DNA from: Pirellulales bacterium
GTDB lineage: Bacteria > Planctomycetota > Planctomycetia > Pirellulales > PALSA-1355
Reading direction: 5' to 3'
Length of the DNA: 64,000 bases
Assembly (NCBI GenBank): GCA_963733035.1
Contig: CAVTBU010000008.1
Coordinates: forward strand, 448,001-512,000
Below are positions 9,309 through 20,664 of the stretch, piece by piece (the stretch's first letter is position 1; the number at the start of each line of letters is the position of its first letter). Made by a program: the position numbers and the translations under genes. The notes beneath the pieces were generated by a model, which was not told the origin of the DNA, searched no databases, and was given only the letters and a program-made list of their open reading frames with translations.

Positions 9309-12125
9309 TTATGGCTGCGCATCCGGCTGGTCACCACCGGCTGACAACAGACTTTGCAATGCTTGGCGAAGCGTTTCATCAAATCGCGGTCCGCCGCCGA
9401 CGAAGAGCCGCGCGACTTTGCCGTCGCGGTCGATGACGACGGTTTGCGGGATGGCAGTGGCACCATACTTTTCGGCCACCAGCCCGTCGCGATCAAGGAC
9501 TACGGTCATCGTCAGTCCGAGACGCTCCAGTGCCGCTTTGATTTGCTCGGGTGTCTCCTGCAGATTGACCGCGACAAGTTCGACTTGCTGGTCCGCGAAC
9601 TCGCGGGCAACGGCATGAACCTGAGGCATGGCTTGCAAGCAAGGACCACACCAAGAGGCCCAAAAGTCGAGCACGAGCACCTTGTCCTTCCGGTCGGAGA
9701 GACGAAACTTGCCGCCTTCAAGAGATTGCAATTCGAAATCGGGCGCCGGCTTGCCGACCAGCGCAGACTCGACTCCCTCGATCGAGGCGTCCTCGGCCAG
9801 GCCATTTTCCTGAAATTCGAGCGGGTCGAGCGACGGTGTCAGCCTCCAGTTATGAAAGACGAGCGCGGCCGCCGCCTCTTCGATCGCGCTACCGACGAGC
9901 AGTTTGTCGATCTCGTTCAAGTCAACGCGACAATTGCCCAACAGTTTGCTTTGTCCGGTGAGAATCCCGGCTGCCACTTGTTTGGCCTCGAACGTCAAAC
10001 GGTTGCCGTTGGGTGGAATTGCCTGAACCCGCGTGGCGGACTGCTGCTCATCGGCCGGCGGCGACGCGGCCTGGTCGGTTTCATCGGCGTGCAACCAGAT
10101 AATCCGTGCCACGTTTTCGCGCGGAATGGTTTTGGTTTCCAGCCGAATTTCGACCTGTAAGTTTTTGTCGTCCATCGCCACGAGCCGGCCCCGCAGATAG
10201 TCGCCGTTGACGGCTCGTATCAATTGCGTGGGCGGGCTATCGCGCTGCATCCGCGGCAAGGTGAGCAGTCGGTCTCTCTTTTCCTTCGCGATATGAACAG
10301 GAGCTGCGTTGGGCAGCAGTTCCAGTACTTTCACGCTCTCGTGGGGTATGAACGTCGCGTCGGTAACGGGAGACTTGAACAAGATCCCATTCTCGTCGAT
10401 GGAAGCCATGGTACAGGGAAGCTTGTCTCCCGAGCGCAAGTGCAAAACGCATTCAGCAGGCGCGACAGCGGAGGGCTCTACGTTATCGCGGCGGAGGCCA
10501 TGGATGCGGAGTTGCCGGAGCACGTCTTGGTGGACGGCAAGCCTTCGAACCTTCGGCGTCGATCCCGCCGCCGGGTGGCTTACGGGTGGTGGCGGTTCGC
10601 GATAAATCACGCGCGCCGAGGCGCCGCGCTCGAGCGGACTTGCCACGCTACTGGCGATGGGCTGCCAAACGAGACAGCTATTCTTCCCCACGTCACCATC
10701 TACCAGTCGGCCGTGCAGCGTAACGCCATCCATTTCGAGCCGGCCAATGCGACCCTCCTGTTTTGGCGGGTCGCGCTCCGGTCGGACGACCGTGATTGCC
10801 TGCAGTGTGCCAAACTCCGGTGACCACGGCTCCCGGATGCCAGAGGACTTCACGAAAACCCGGTCGCCTTCAACCCGTACCAGATTGCCGCTGATGCGCA
10901 TTCCCGATAACAGCACCACCCGCAGGTTTCCCGACGCGACTTCCGCAGTCGCGCCGAACGTGCAGCCGGCCATCTCGTCGGCGGGAACCCGTCGCTCGCC
11001 ATCGTTGAACTTCACGACGAACTGGTTTTGCGCGGCGTCGTAGGATCGAACCGTGCCCACCTCGGTCGTGCCGCCGGCCAGAAGAACTTTGGTCTGGTCG
11101 GGTGGGCCAATCTGCGGGGGTTCGGCGTTCCATTTGTAGATCCGCAGATTCTCAACTCGCAGGTCGCCACCAAGGTTGTCGATGCTCAGACCGCCGAACG
11201 TCTGCCGATTCTTGCTCGCGACTTTCAGATCGGCAAGGAGTTTACCGTCGGCCGAGGCAACCAACATATGTCCTCCGGGCTGATCTAAGTAGATCTCGAG
11301 AGAAATCCTTCCCGGTTCCGAACTGAGTTGCTTCAGAACGCTAACGTCGCCGTCCCGCTCCGATTCGCACACGGCGACAAGCCGGTCGCCCCAAACTTCG
11401 ACGGAGTTCGAGCTGAGTTTTGTTTTCACTCCTTTTTTGACACCCAGGGACAGTTTGAAATTCGGCTTGGCAGTCCAGGAAAGATCAATTTCCAGCCGGG
11501 CTTTTCCAGGGATGTTCAGATCGCGATAGATGCCAGTCCCCTTGTCACTGGCGACGAAATGCCCGGCGTCCTCTCGCCAGCCGCCGTCCTTGCCGGAAAC
11601 TTCCCAACCATCGAGGCCCGTCAGGCCACTGAAGACAAACTCGGAATTGGTGCGACGCTGCATACGGCGAAGGACGGCCCGGTCGATGTGCAATGTCCCA
11701 AGTCTGGGAACCTCGACAACCGCGGATTCCTCGTCAAGCGCCTTGAGCGTGCCGACAAGCAAGTCGCCGCCGACTAATTCGAAGAAATAGGCACCCTCTG
11801 CCTGAGGAAACTCCCGAGGCGGCGGAAAGCGAATCCCCTCGACCGACGCGAGCGAAAACTGAAAAGGGCCGCCGAATCCGGGCGACTTCCAAACGAAGTG
11901 TTCACGGTCTCCCGACGCAACCAACTCGCCGACGGCACGGTCGCCGTTGGAAAGTAGGATAACCGCCTCGCTTGCATCGGCGGCCCGCGCCGCGCCGGCA
12001 ACCATTGCGGCCAGCACACAGACTCCGCCTGCAAGCCAGCCAGCGGCTTGAGAAGGACGGTCGATTGCCGGCCTTTCAACGGAAATCCGAGGCCGCTCTG
12101 GCAGGCACGCGAGGGGAGTGTTCAT
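9309..12125 (-). CDS. Large secreted protein with C-terminal TlpA/redoxin domain
   Basis: GKPAPDF..VLDFWASWCGPC..AIPQTVVIDRDG. The N-terminal part has repeated L.NGD/SGD..G.L beta motifs. Confidence 0.85.
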   Translation of the reverse strand: MNTPLACLPERPRISVERPAIDRPSQAAGWLAGGVCVLAAMVAGAARAADASEAVILLSNGDRAVGELVASGDREHFVWKSPGFGGPFQFSLASVEGIRFPPPREFPQAEGAYFFELVGGDLLVGTLKALDEESAVVEVPRLGTLHIDRAVLRRMQRRTNSEFVFSGLTGLDGWEVSGKDGGWREDAGHFVASDKGTGIYRDLNIPGKARLEIDLSWTAKPNFKLSLGVKKGVKTKLSSNSVEVWGDRLVAVCESERDGDVSVLKQLSSEPGRISLEIYLDQPGGHMLVASADGKLLADLKVASKNRQTFGGLSIDNLGGDLRVENLRIYKWNAEPPQIGPPDQTKVLLAGGTTEVGTVRSYDAAQNQFVVKFNDGERRVPADEMAGCTFGATAEVASGNLRVVLLSGMRISGNLVRVEGDRVFVKSSGIREPWSPEFGTLQAITVVRPERDPPKQEGRIGRLEMDGVTLHGRLVDGDVGKNSCLVWQPIASSVASPLERGASARVIYREPPPPVSHPAAGSTPKVRRLAVHQDVLRQLRIHGLRRDNVEPSAVAPAECVLHLRSGDKLPCTMASIDENGILFKSPVTDATFIPHESVKVLELLPNAAPVHIAKEKRDRLLTLPRMQRDSPPTQLIRAVNGDYLRGRLVAMDDKNLQVEIRLETKTIPRENVARIIWLHADETDQAASPPADEQQSATRVQAIPPNGNRLTFEAKQVAAGILTGQSKLLGNCRVDLNEIDKLLVGSAIEEAAAALVFHNWRLTPSLDPLEFQENGLAEDASIEGVESALVGKPAPDFELQSLEGGKFRLSDRKDKVLVLDFWASWCGPCLQAMPQVHAVAREFADQQVELVAVNLQETPEQIKAALERLGLTMTVVLDRDGLVAEKYGATAIPQTVVIDRDGKVARLFVGGGPRFDETLRQALQSLLSAGGDQPDAQP

Positions 12126-12146
12126 GATCACAACCGGGAGTGCTGT

Positions 12147-13256
12147 CTATCGTTCGTAAATTGGCAAAAATCGAAAGTTCAAGGCCAAACCCAACAGCGA
12201 CATCGACGTGCCCAGCGGCTTGCCAAACTGAGACGGGATACTGCCGTCGTCGGCCTGAATCGATTTGAGCTGCCGAACCAAGAGCTTGTTCCATTTTTCC
12301 CAAGCCTCGACGTCTCCTTGAAACAGCGCCTGGGCCTGGTAGTAGCGGGTGTACTCGGGATAACTGTTGGATGTATTTTCGAGTCGTTCGGTGAGGTTGC
12401 CCAGCGCGGCCTTGAACTGCGGCAAATCCTTGCGCCGCGCGACCGCAAAGACCAACGTGGCGATGGAAGTGCGGGCTGGCGACTCGCCGCCCCCAATGCC
12501 TGAGTAGCCCACCTGTCCCGAGTTGGTGGTCATATTCGCGTAGTACTTGATAGCCCTGTCGACGGCTTCGTCCGGAACTTCAATGCCTGCATTCCGCGCG
12601 GCCAGCAGTCCAACCAGCACCGCGCCGCTGACCGAGGTGTCGGCGTCGCGGCTATCGGGCGAATAGCGCCAGGCCCCGAGGGGATTTTTCTTTTGCGAGG
12701 TGATCGCCGCGCGAACCGCCAGTTGCAGGGCCTCTCCGATGGAACGATGCTTTGGCTCGCTGCCAGTCCATAGGTTGCGGTCGTCGACCGTTCCGTAGGC
12801 CTCCGCCAATGCAAGCATGCCGAACCCGTGATGGTACATGCTGGAGCCGAGGTATCCGGTGTTCGAATCTTGTTGCGAGATGATGCTCCGCAGCGCGCGT
12901 CGAACGTGGCTGCTATACAGACCGAAGTTGGGATCCTCGCCCGATGCGAGGAACACCATCAGCGCCAAACCGGTGACACCAGGCCCAGTCTGGCCGCCTT
13001 GCCAATCGCCCGACTCGCGCTGCGTCGTTGCCAGGTACTGCAGACCTCGTTCGTAGATATCGCGCACATCGCGCGGGACGACGTCGCCCACGCGCGCATT
13101 GGGCAGTTGGGCATTGGCAGCCGAACCAATCGTGAATGCCCAGCAAATGACCGACAACAAGACCGGCCAAATGAGATTCTGCGCACGGTGCGACAAGGAC
13201 CGAAGTATCAATCGAGTTTTGCGTGTGTCTACCATCATGTCTCGTGGCGAAATCAC
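12147..13256 (-). CDS. Prenyltransferase/squalene-oxidase repeat (QW-repeat) secreted protein
   Basis: GLQYLATTQRESGDW, SMYHHGFGMLALAE, GAWRY..DADTSVS, IQADDGS. Confidence 0.85.
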   Translation of the reverse strand: MISPRDMMVDTRKTRLILRSLSHRAQNLIWPVLLSVICWAFTIGSAANAQLPNARVGDVVPRDVRDIYERGLQYLATTQRESGDWQGGQTGPGVTGLALMVFLASGEDPNFGLYSSHVRRALRSIISQQDSNTGYLGSSMYHHGFGMLALAEAYGTVDDRNLWTGSEPKHRSIGEALQLAVRAAITSQKKNPLGAWRYSPDSRDADTSVSGAVLVGLLAARNAGIEVPDEAVDRAIKYYANMTTNSGQVGYSGIGGGESPARTSIATLVFAVARRKDLPQFKAALGNLTERLENTSNSYPEYTRYYQAQALFQGDVEAWEKWNKLLVRQLKSIQADDGSIPSQFGKPLGTSMSLLGLALNFRFLPIYER

Positions 13257-14080
13257 TCAGCGTCAATCACCTGCCCCTGAACCAACATTTGTTTCATCGC
13301 CTGACCTTGTTGCAGTTGCGGCTGCAGGAGTTCCCATTGTCGCTCGTCCAACAACGCCTGGAGGTCCTTTTCGGGCAACGTCGACAAGCGATACACGACG
13401 AGGTAGTAGTCGAATTGCCCAAACGTGGCTGGCGGTTGTGTCCGTTCGACCAACAGTTTGATCAAGGCATCGCGTTGCCGTTGTTCGAGCGGAACCCCGT
13501 CTTCCAACATCGAGATCGCCGCCTCGATGGCCGCTCGATACCGGAATCTGCGCCGTTCCTCCAAGGTTGCCTGGTAGTCGGCACCTTGCTCGGAATCGAG
13601 AATTGCTTTAAGCACTTTGGAATACAGCGACTCGGCCCCGAACAAGCCACTCGTCATCTTCGTCTGCAAGGGCTGAATCTCCTGCTGCCAAAACGGCCCC
13701 AGCGCGTTCGGATCATTCGCTAACTCACCAAACTTCCCGCGAACAATTTCGATTTCGTCAAAAAACCGCGCAATATCGCCGTCGGCGGCCAGTTGCAATT
13801 TCCGCTGTTGCGAGTCGGAAAGTCCAAACCTGCGGGCGGCGCTCGTAAGTTGCAGCTTGAGCCGATCTTCAATCTGCGAGCGGGCTTTGGTCGCGTTTTG
13901 GCGATTTTGGAAAACCCATTGATCGAAGTTGGCTTGATTAAAGACCATCTGCGGCTGCTGTGGCTGGGCCGGGGCAGGCGCGCCTTCCAAATCATCCGGC
14001 GCGGCCCAGCTCACGGCGGCATGCGCAAGAAGGGTGGCAATTCCCGACACCAACAACAGTGTTCGTACCGTCTGAGTCAT
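13253..14080 (-). CDS. Secreted alpha-helical hypothetical protein
   Basis: Signal peptide, translationally coupled in the operon, LSDSQ/LDSEQ/LDERQ motifs. Confidence 0.75.
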   Translation of the reverse strand: MTQTVRTLLLVSGIATLLAHAAVSWAAPDDLEGAPAPAQPQQPQMVFNQANFDQWVFQNRQNATKARSQIEDRLKLQLTSAARRFGLSDSQQRKLQLAADGDIARFFDEIEIVRGKFGELANDPNALGPFWQQEIQPLQTKMTSGLFGAESLYSKVLKAILDSEQGADYQATLEERRRFRYRAAIEAAISMLEDGVPLEQRQRDALIKLLVERTQPPATFGQFDYYLVVYRLSTLPEKDLQALLDERQWELLQPQLQQGQAMKQMLVQGQVIDAE

Positions 14081-15111
14081 TCCGCAATGACCTCCAGCAA
14101 ACCGTTGGGACCGACTCGGGGGTCCACGGCAGCATCGGGCGGTTCAACGGGCTTTGCCTGTTCGGCCTGCCACCACTCGGTGTCGTCTTGCGGCTGAACG
14201 ATCGGACTTAAGAACTGAACGCCGCCGATCTTCGACAAACCTTGCCAGATTGACTTCTGTCCGGCATCCAGGTGCGGTTCCAAGAGGTCGTCCGCCACGT
14301 GCGGAAAATACTGCTCTCCGTAACGGCTGATCATAAGCCAGTGCTCCCAATGGTCTCGCCATTTCGACGAGACGGATTGCAAAATCTGCGCGCGTTGCTC
14401 GTCGCTCAAACACAGGGCGTCGTCCAAACGGGAGACGAAACACAGAATCGCTGCGCGTTTTCGCTGCGCGACGCGGGCTTCGGTTTGTTTCGAGTATTCG
14501 GCGAACTGCTCGGGCGACAGAATCGCAGGAAGTTGCTTCATCAGGTCGTCGCGAATGACGGTTGAGGGAGAGAATCCGTACTTGGCCGCGGCGTTGGCGG
14601 CGTTGCCCCCTTGCTGAATCTTGGCGTATTGCACCGCGGCTTCTTGCAGACCCTTTTCACCGGCAGCCAAGATCGCCGGACGCTGTTCGACAGTCGGCTT
14701 GCAGTACTGACGCACGGCGTTGAGCTCCGCCAACAGGATGGGCCGGAATTGCCGCTTCCACTGATCAACCAGCGCATTTTGGTTGTTCGCTCGCTGCATG
14801 AGTCCGTTAACCACAAGGTCCTTGTTGCCCGCATTGCGTATCACCAACCGTCGTACCGCGGGTGCGGCCGCGGCTTTGTTGGCTGCGGGTGCGGGCTTGG
14901 CCGCGGGCGCCGCCGCATCCGCGGCCGGTGCTACTGCCGGAGCCTGCTTGTTTTCGGCCTTCGCTCGCTTCACCGGTTCTTCTGCGCGACTCACAAGCGC
15001 GCAGCTTGAGACCAGAAGTAACATCAGGGCGGTCGTACGACAGCCAGCAATTTTCATAACACGCGTCTCATTTCCATGGGTTGGTTCAACGGCCGGATGT
15101 GCGCACATCAC
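14077..15111 (-). CDS. Secreted alpha-helical hypothetical protein, paralog of 13253-14080
   Basis: Signal peptide (start may be MKIAG near 15057), Ala/Pro linker, LSPEQ/LSDEQ motifs. Confidence 0.75.
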   Translation of the reverse strand: MMCAHPAVEPTHGNETRVMKIAGCRTTALMLLLVSSCALVSRAEEPVKRAKAENKQAPAVAPAADAAAPAAKPAPAANKAAAAPAVRRLVIRNAGNKDLVVNGLMQRANNQNALVDQWKRQFRPILLAELNAVRQYCKPTVEQRPAILAAGEKGLQEAAVQYAKIQQGGNAANAAAKYGFSPSTVIRDDLMKQLPAILSPEQFAEYSKQTEARVAQRKRAAILCFVSRLDDALCLSDEQRAQILQSVSSKWRDHWEHWLMISRYGEQYFPHVADDLLEPHLDAGQKSIWQGLSKIGGVQFLSPIVQPQDDTEWWQAEQAKPVEPPDAAVDPRVGPNGLLEVIAE

Positions 15112-18100
15112 GGTGCGGCGCGGTCGCTTTCCAAGCGGTTGAAGTATTCATCCAAGCCGGCGCGGAACTCCTCGGGAAGCGAATTTCCGGTCTCGCCGGT
15201 CGCTTGCGACACACCGTGATCCTCGCGAACCTCCTTGTCGTTGAGGCCCGAGCCGATCAGCGCCAAGGCCGAGTCGGTGGTGGTTCCGCCGCCACCGCCG
15301 CCGGGGTTGGAACCGCCTCCGCCGCCTCCATTGGGATTGATCCGCTTCGATTGCAGCAGCAGTTCAATCGCCTCGGTTTCGGCCGCAATCGCCGGCGAAC
15401 CGGTTTCCGGACGCCCGAGAATCTCGGCGGCTTCATCCATCACGCTTTCGACCTGCCCCAAAAGGTTGATCTCCTTGGCAAAATCCGCCTCGCCATCCGG
15501 CAGTTCGCGGATCCGCTGGGTCAGCGCGGCCACCCGCTTGGAGAGGCCCTTTTGCGTAGTCTGTAGACCGCCCGCGCGACGAGCATACTCCTTAGCTTCG
15601 AGCGCCGCGCGTGCCTGCTGGGCCACACGGGTGTCCTCTCGCAGGTTCACCTCGGCCTCCAAAATCTGCATCGCTTCGAGCACGATCGACGGCGGCAAGC
15701 TTCCCTTGGATTTGCAGCCCGGGCATTTGCCGGCACAAGCCGGATCGACCAGATTGTCGGCCCAACGATCGAAGGTATCGGACCAAAACTCACACTGAGC
15801 GATCGACATGCCAGTCTCCTTACGGACGTCATCGCTGAGTTGCCGCAGGCCGCCGACGGCGTCCTCCTCGCGCATTTCGTCGAGCACGGTTTTGAATCGC
15901 TGATAACGCCGTCGCTCGAAGTAGGCCTGCATATCGTCCATGATCGTCGATAGGTTTTGACTGCTGGCCTCCTCCAGCGTCGACACCTGTTCAAGAACCA
16001 CCTTCGCAGACGGGATCGGACTGCCGGGATGCCCGAACGTACCGGTGAGTTGATCGGAGATTTTGCCGGCAACCGAGTATTGCTGGCGGGCGGCCGCCTT
16101 GAGCCGTTTGACCAGCGTGCTGCCCTCGAGATTCGCCAGCACCTTGTTCAACTCGTCGGCGATTTTGTCAAACTCGGCCAGCAGGTCTTGCTGTGCCACG
16201 ACCGCCTCTTCGAGTTTTTCGCCCTCAGGTGTCTGGCCGTCCGACTTTTTGCCCTTTCCGGCGACCGTCGTGACCGGCAAGCGGAGCTTGGGACTCGAAT
16301 TCTTCTTGTTCGGTTCCTGAGCCTCTTCATCCTTGCTGGCCGGCTGTTGAGAACTCTCGGCGTCGACCACTTGCGGAACGGGCGAGTGTGGCTTGCTTTC
16401 GGTCGGCCGCGATTTCCCCTGGCCGCCGCGCACCTGGCCCGCCGTGGGTCCCTTGCTGGCCGCGCTTGCGATCTTGGCGGGCAACTGCGACGACTGCTTC
16501 AACAGGTCGGCCACGTTGGGCATGCGATTGCCGGCAATGTCCTTGAGAATCGCCAGCATCTCGGCCCATTGTTCCAGGTGGCCTACGCCAAACTCCGGAT
16601 TCCGCATCGCCTGGCGGACCAGTTCTTCGCCGTTGGTAACGAGTCCGCTCAGTCGGCGCCCGTTGGCGCGCTCGGCGGCCGACTGACTTTCGATGCGGCG
16701 CCGTGTGTCAGGCTGGTCGAGTTCGTCGGCCGACAGCATCCGCAATTGCTGGTTGGCGTGGTGCAACTGCAACTCGCGGTCGCGAACGTCCAGCGACTGG
16801 CGATGCCATTTACTCAGTTGCTCGGTCAACCAGATATAGTGCTGCTCGGCGCTGAGCACATAAAGTTGGTAGACGGGGGAGTACGATCGTTTGCGTCCGG
16901 GAAAGTAATCTTCCGCGAAAATGCGCACGCTGATCGGCTGCGGTTCAATGCCCAGCGTCTGCGCAAAAACGTGCCCGCCAGTTCCACGGCCTGCTTGGCG
17001 CTCGATCCGGCCGCCAGTACTTGCTCGCCGCGCGCGGGGGTTGAAACTTCCGACTTCTCGTCGCCCTGCCATTCGACGCCGACAACCTTGACGCCGAAGT
17101 CATCCTGAGCAGCAACCTTGAAGCTCAGCGTTTCGGAGACCAATACCACCTTCTTCCGAGGCAGGCCTTCGCAAGACACCGCGGGCGGCTCATCGTCGCG
17201 AGCAGTAATTGCGATCTTGAACGGCTCCATTCCGTCTAAACCGAACTCATCGCGCCACGAAATCGATAGCTCGCGCGAGGCATCGACCGTCGTGGGCGGG
17301 CTGCTGACGTCACGGGCCACGGGTGTAGCCGGTTGACCGTTCACGCGAGCGCTCGACAGCTTGCGGTTGGCCGTGGCCAGAAACGTCGCGGTGCTTCCTT
17401 TGACGAGTGAAATCGACCCGCCGCGGACGTCCTTCTTCAAGGGTTGCGAAATCTGCAGATAATCGGGCAATTGCACGTTGGCCACCACGGAGCTCAACTC
17501 GGGACGCAACATCGGCTCGATGCGGATCTGCTGTTTCACGTCGCCCACTTGAAGTCGGAACGATGTCTTGTCGATTTGGGGCGGCAAGTTGAATACGTAG
17601 CCGCCGTTTTGCAACGACGCCTCCACCGGACGCCCACTACCCAGTTGGCCAACGCCGGTCGCCGGTTGCCAGCGAGATTCGTCCAGCAAACGGACGGAAA
17701 TCGTGAGCGGCTCGCCGTGCGCGACGACCAGGTGCTCGGGGAGTTCGGCGATGCGAGTGAACGTGTAGCGCGGAATCGGCTCCCACGGACGAATAAATCG
17801 CGACCAGGCGTTTGAAGCCGCTGCCGGAAACAAAACCGAAACTCCGACTGCCAATGCCAGCGGGACCGCGGCCAGCCAGGCCCACATTCGATGTCGCGGA
17901 TCAGGCACGGCGTCGCGGAAATCTCGCTTTGCCGCGGTCTCGGCGACCTGTTGGATGGCTGCTTCGCAGAGCGCTCGCGAGCGGACCTGCTCGGATTCGC
18001 TGCGCACCAGTTCGATAATGCCGAGAATCTGGTCACCGATACTCGGATAGCGGCGGCTCAACAGGCGAGCCAATTGTTCCAGGCGCCGGTGCCTCCATAT

Positions 18101-18355
18101 CCAGCGATGCATGTAAAGAGGCACCAAAGCACAACTGACCAGCGCCGAAAGAAAGATCGTCACCCGCGCCCAGGTCGCCGTTTCGACGACGCGATCAAGT
18201 GCGAACAGGATGATGAACGCGACCGCGACCCCGAATACCGCGCCGCAGGCGGCTTCGACCAATTTGATGGTCCAGACCCGGCGCCGAAACTCCAATAGTT
18301 GCGCCTGCAACGAATCGGGTAGCTGCAGCTCCGAATTGAATCGTGCAACGCTCAT
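15108..18355 (-). CDS. DUF4175-like membrane-anchored coiled-coil protein, frameshift near 16967
   Basis: N-terminal TM helices, DEFGL..DEPPAV..AQDDFGV Ig-like region, then a frame change in a T-run into a long coiled coil ending LPEEFRAGLDEYFNRL. Confidence 0.75.
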
Positions 18356-18465
18356 GGCAATCCTGCTCCTTCGATATCGGGATCGATCGGCACCACGTCA
18401 CGCAATCGTCGCCTTCGCCGACTCTCTATCCTAGTGAAATCAACGTCGTTGTACTCACATCCATC

Positions 18466-20664
18466 TCAAATCAATCCAATTGTCTTGCGCCCCACCCAAA
18501 ATGCGCCCAGCATCACCACCAAAACCGCCATCACGGCCGGATGGCACCACAGTTGCACGCGCCGCACCGAGGCCGGCGGATCGGGCATGGCGGCCAACGA
18601 CTCTAGCACCTGGTCGAGCCGATTCACGGCAATGACCTTTCCGCGCGTGACACGGGCCAATTCGTCCAACACATCGGGCCGCGCCGCCTGACCAATCCGC
18701 TCGATGGGGGCACCTTGCACGAAGAACGAGGCCTCCAACGTGGCACCCGTCTGCTTGCAAGCCAGTGTCACTTCGTGGCGACCCGACTCTTGCGTGGTAT
18801 AGCGTCCGGAGAAGGCCCCCCACTCGTCTCCAAAGGAACTCAGCCGCACGGTCTGGGCCTTGCCCGACGGAGCGACGACGCGCGCGGTAACGTCCCCCTG
18901 GGGGAGCGGCTCCCCGCTGCGTTCCATGACGTTTGCGTTGAGGGCAACGGTCTGCCGCACCTGGGGCTGTTCGGGCGAGTAGTACATGCGCATGGTTTCT
19001 CCCTTAGCCATGTTGCGCTGGTACGCCATCCAGCGTACCACCTGCCCCCAAAAGCGGTAGTGGTATTTATCCTCCACGCCTTTGCGCCATCGCCAAGCCC
19101 CGTCAGTTCCCATGAACAGCACTTTTCCGGCGCCGAAAGTCCGCGTGACCAATAGCGGTAGGCGGCCAAACTCGTTCGTTATGTCCTGGTGAACGCAGAG
19201 AACTTCGCTGCCCGGTTTGGCACGAACGACCGGCGCGTACCACTGAAACCCCGGCAGACCACCCCAGACCTCGATGTTCTCCCCCTGCGTGTCGGCAAGC
19301 TTGGTGAGCAGGCTGCGACGGCCCAACTCGGTCAATTCAAAATGGCTCGGCATCCGCGATCCCCACCCACCCGGTTGACTTGCATCGAGCACGACCGGCA
19401 GGAGGTCGGCCAGTTCCGAATCGAGCAGTGAGAGCTGCCGGCCTTGCCAGCCGGGCATGAAGACGAGGCCGCTGGCCTGGTGCTCGACCAGCCCGCGCAA
19501 CAGTCGACAGTCCTCGCTCGTTAGCTGGCCGTCTTCCAAGCCGACGTCGCCGAGAAAGACGACGTCGAACTTGGCCAACTCATCCAGCCCACTGGGAAAG
19601 GCCTTGATATAGTCCTTGTTACCTCCGCCAACCTTGCCCAGACCGGGATGAAAGAGCAGGCACGACAAATCGACGCCCGGATCGCGGGACAGGGCATTTC
19701 GCAGGTAGCGATATTCCCAGCGGGGGACCGACTCCACCAGCAGCACTCGCAGCTTTTCCTCGCGAATGGCGATGGGCGCCGAAAGCCGGTTGTTGTCGGC
19801 CAAGAGCTCGTCGCTCTGCTTGGGAACGTCAAGGGTCAACGTGTAGTCGCCAACCTCGGATGGTTTCCACAGAATCCAATCGTTCGTGCGTCCCATCGCG
19901 GCGACGCGTACTTCCTTGGTGAGTTGTTGACCGTCGGAGGCCGTGAGCGTGACATTGGCCAGGTATTCACGGGGCAGGGTGCTATCGATCGTAAAGGGAA
20001 CTCGCACGGCCTTTCCCACGATGCCAAACGTGGGCGAATCCAAACTCAGCAGTTCGACGTCGGGCAATCGCGACGGACTGCCGACCGGCACAACGAATAG
20101 CGGAATGTCTTTCAGTCGCAGCGCCGTCGCGGCCTGCACCGGTGGTTGGCCGGTGTTCCAGTCGCCGTCGGTGGCAAGCACAATGCCACGGAGATTTTTC
20201 AAACGCCTGGGGGCTTGGACCAAGGGCTCATAAAGATTCGTCTCCTTTTTGTCCTCGCCCCCGGAGAACGATTGCACGACCACGTTCATCCGCTCCTCGA
20301 GCGCGTGCCAAAAGGTGCTTTCGATGAGCGGCGCAATGGCCTCCCGGCGGGTTGCAACGGCCGCCGAAGTCGACTCGCCCATGGGAACGTCGCGGGTCTC
20401 CATACTTGCCGAGTCGTCCCACAACACAGCAATCGACGGTTTTTCCTCCGGTCGATATTCCTCAATCCATTCGGGTTGGTTGAACGCGACGGCAATCACA
20501 CAAACCGTGGCAAGCCGCAGCAGTTCCAACACACCATAATCGCGACGGTAGCCGCTGCGCCGCCAAGCCAGAAAGCACAGGGCCGCGGTGCCGCCAATCA
20601 CGGCCAGCGACACCGCGATCGACCACGGCGCCCACAGGAACGTCAAAGAGTGGTTGATCGTCAT
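18466..20664 (-). CDS. vWA + glutamine-amidotransferase-like membrane protein (in frame with the upstream BatA ORF)
   Basis: DDSASM MIDAS-like motif, TDGDWN, PRWEYRYLRNAL, GAGKVLFMGTDGAWRWR. Own GGGAG RBS 7 nt before ATG 20664. Confidence 0.8.
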   Translation of the reverse strand: MTINHSLTFLWAPWSIAVSLAVIGGTAALCFLAWRRSGYRRDYGVLELLRLATVCVIAVAFNQPEWIEEYRPEEKPSIAVLWDDSASMETRDVPMGESTSAAVATRREAIAPLIESTFWHALEERMNVVVQSFSGGEDKKETNLYEPLVQAPRRLKNLRGIVLATDGDWNTGQPPVQAATALRLKDIPLFVVPVGSPSRLPDVELLSLDSPTFGIVGKAVRVPFTIDSTLPREYLANVTLTASDGQQLTKEVRVAAMGRTNDWILWKPSEVGDYTLTLDVPKQSDELLADNNRLSAPIAIREEKLRVLLVESVPRWEYRYLRNALSRDPGVDLSCLLFHPGLGKVGGGNKDYIKAFPSGLDELAKFDVVFLGDVGLEDGQLTSEDCRLLRGLVEHQASGLVFMPGWQGRQLSLLDSELADLLPVVLDASQPGGWGSRMPSHFELTELGRRSLLTKLADTQGENIEVWGGLPGFQWYAPVVRAKPGSEVLCVHQDITNEFGRLPLLVTRTFGAGKVLFMGTDGAWRWRKGVEDKYHYRFWGQVVRWMAYQRNMAKGETMRMYYSPEQPQVRQTVALNANVMERSGEPLPQGDVTARVVAPSGKAQTVRLSSFGDEWGAFSGRYTTQESGRHEVTLACKQTGATLEASFFVQGAPIERIGQAARPDVLDELARVTRGKVIAVNRLDQVLESLAAMPDPPASVRRVQLWCHPAVMAVLVVMLGAFWVGRKTIGLI

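Noticed and set aside
12147..13256. Squalene-hopene cyclase / hopanoid synthesis
   Set aside because: Single domain of about 370 aa with a signal peptide, DADTS instead of DxDD, and a MoxR operon context.
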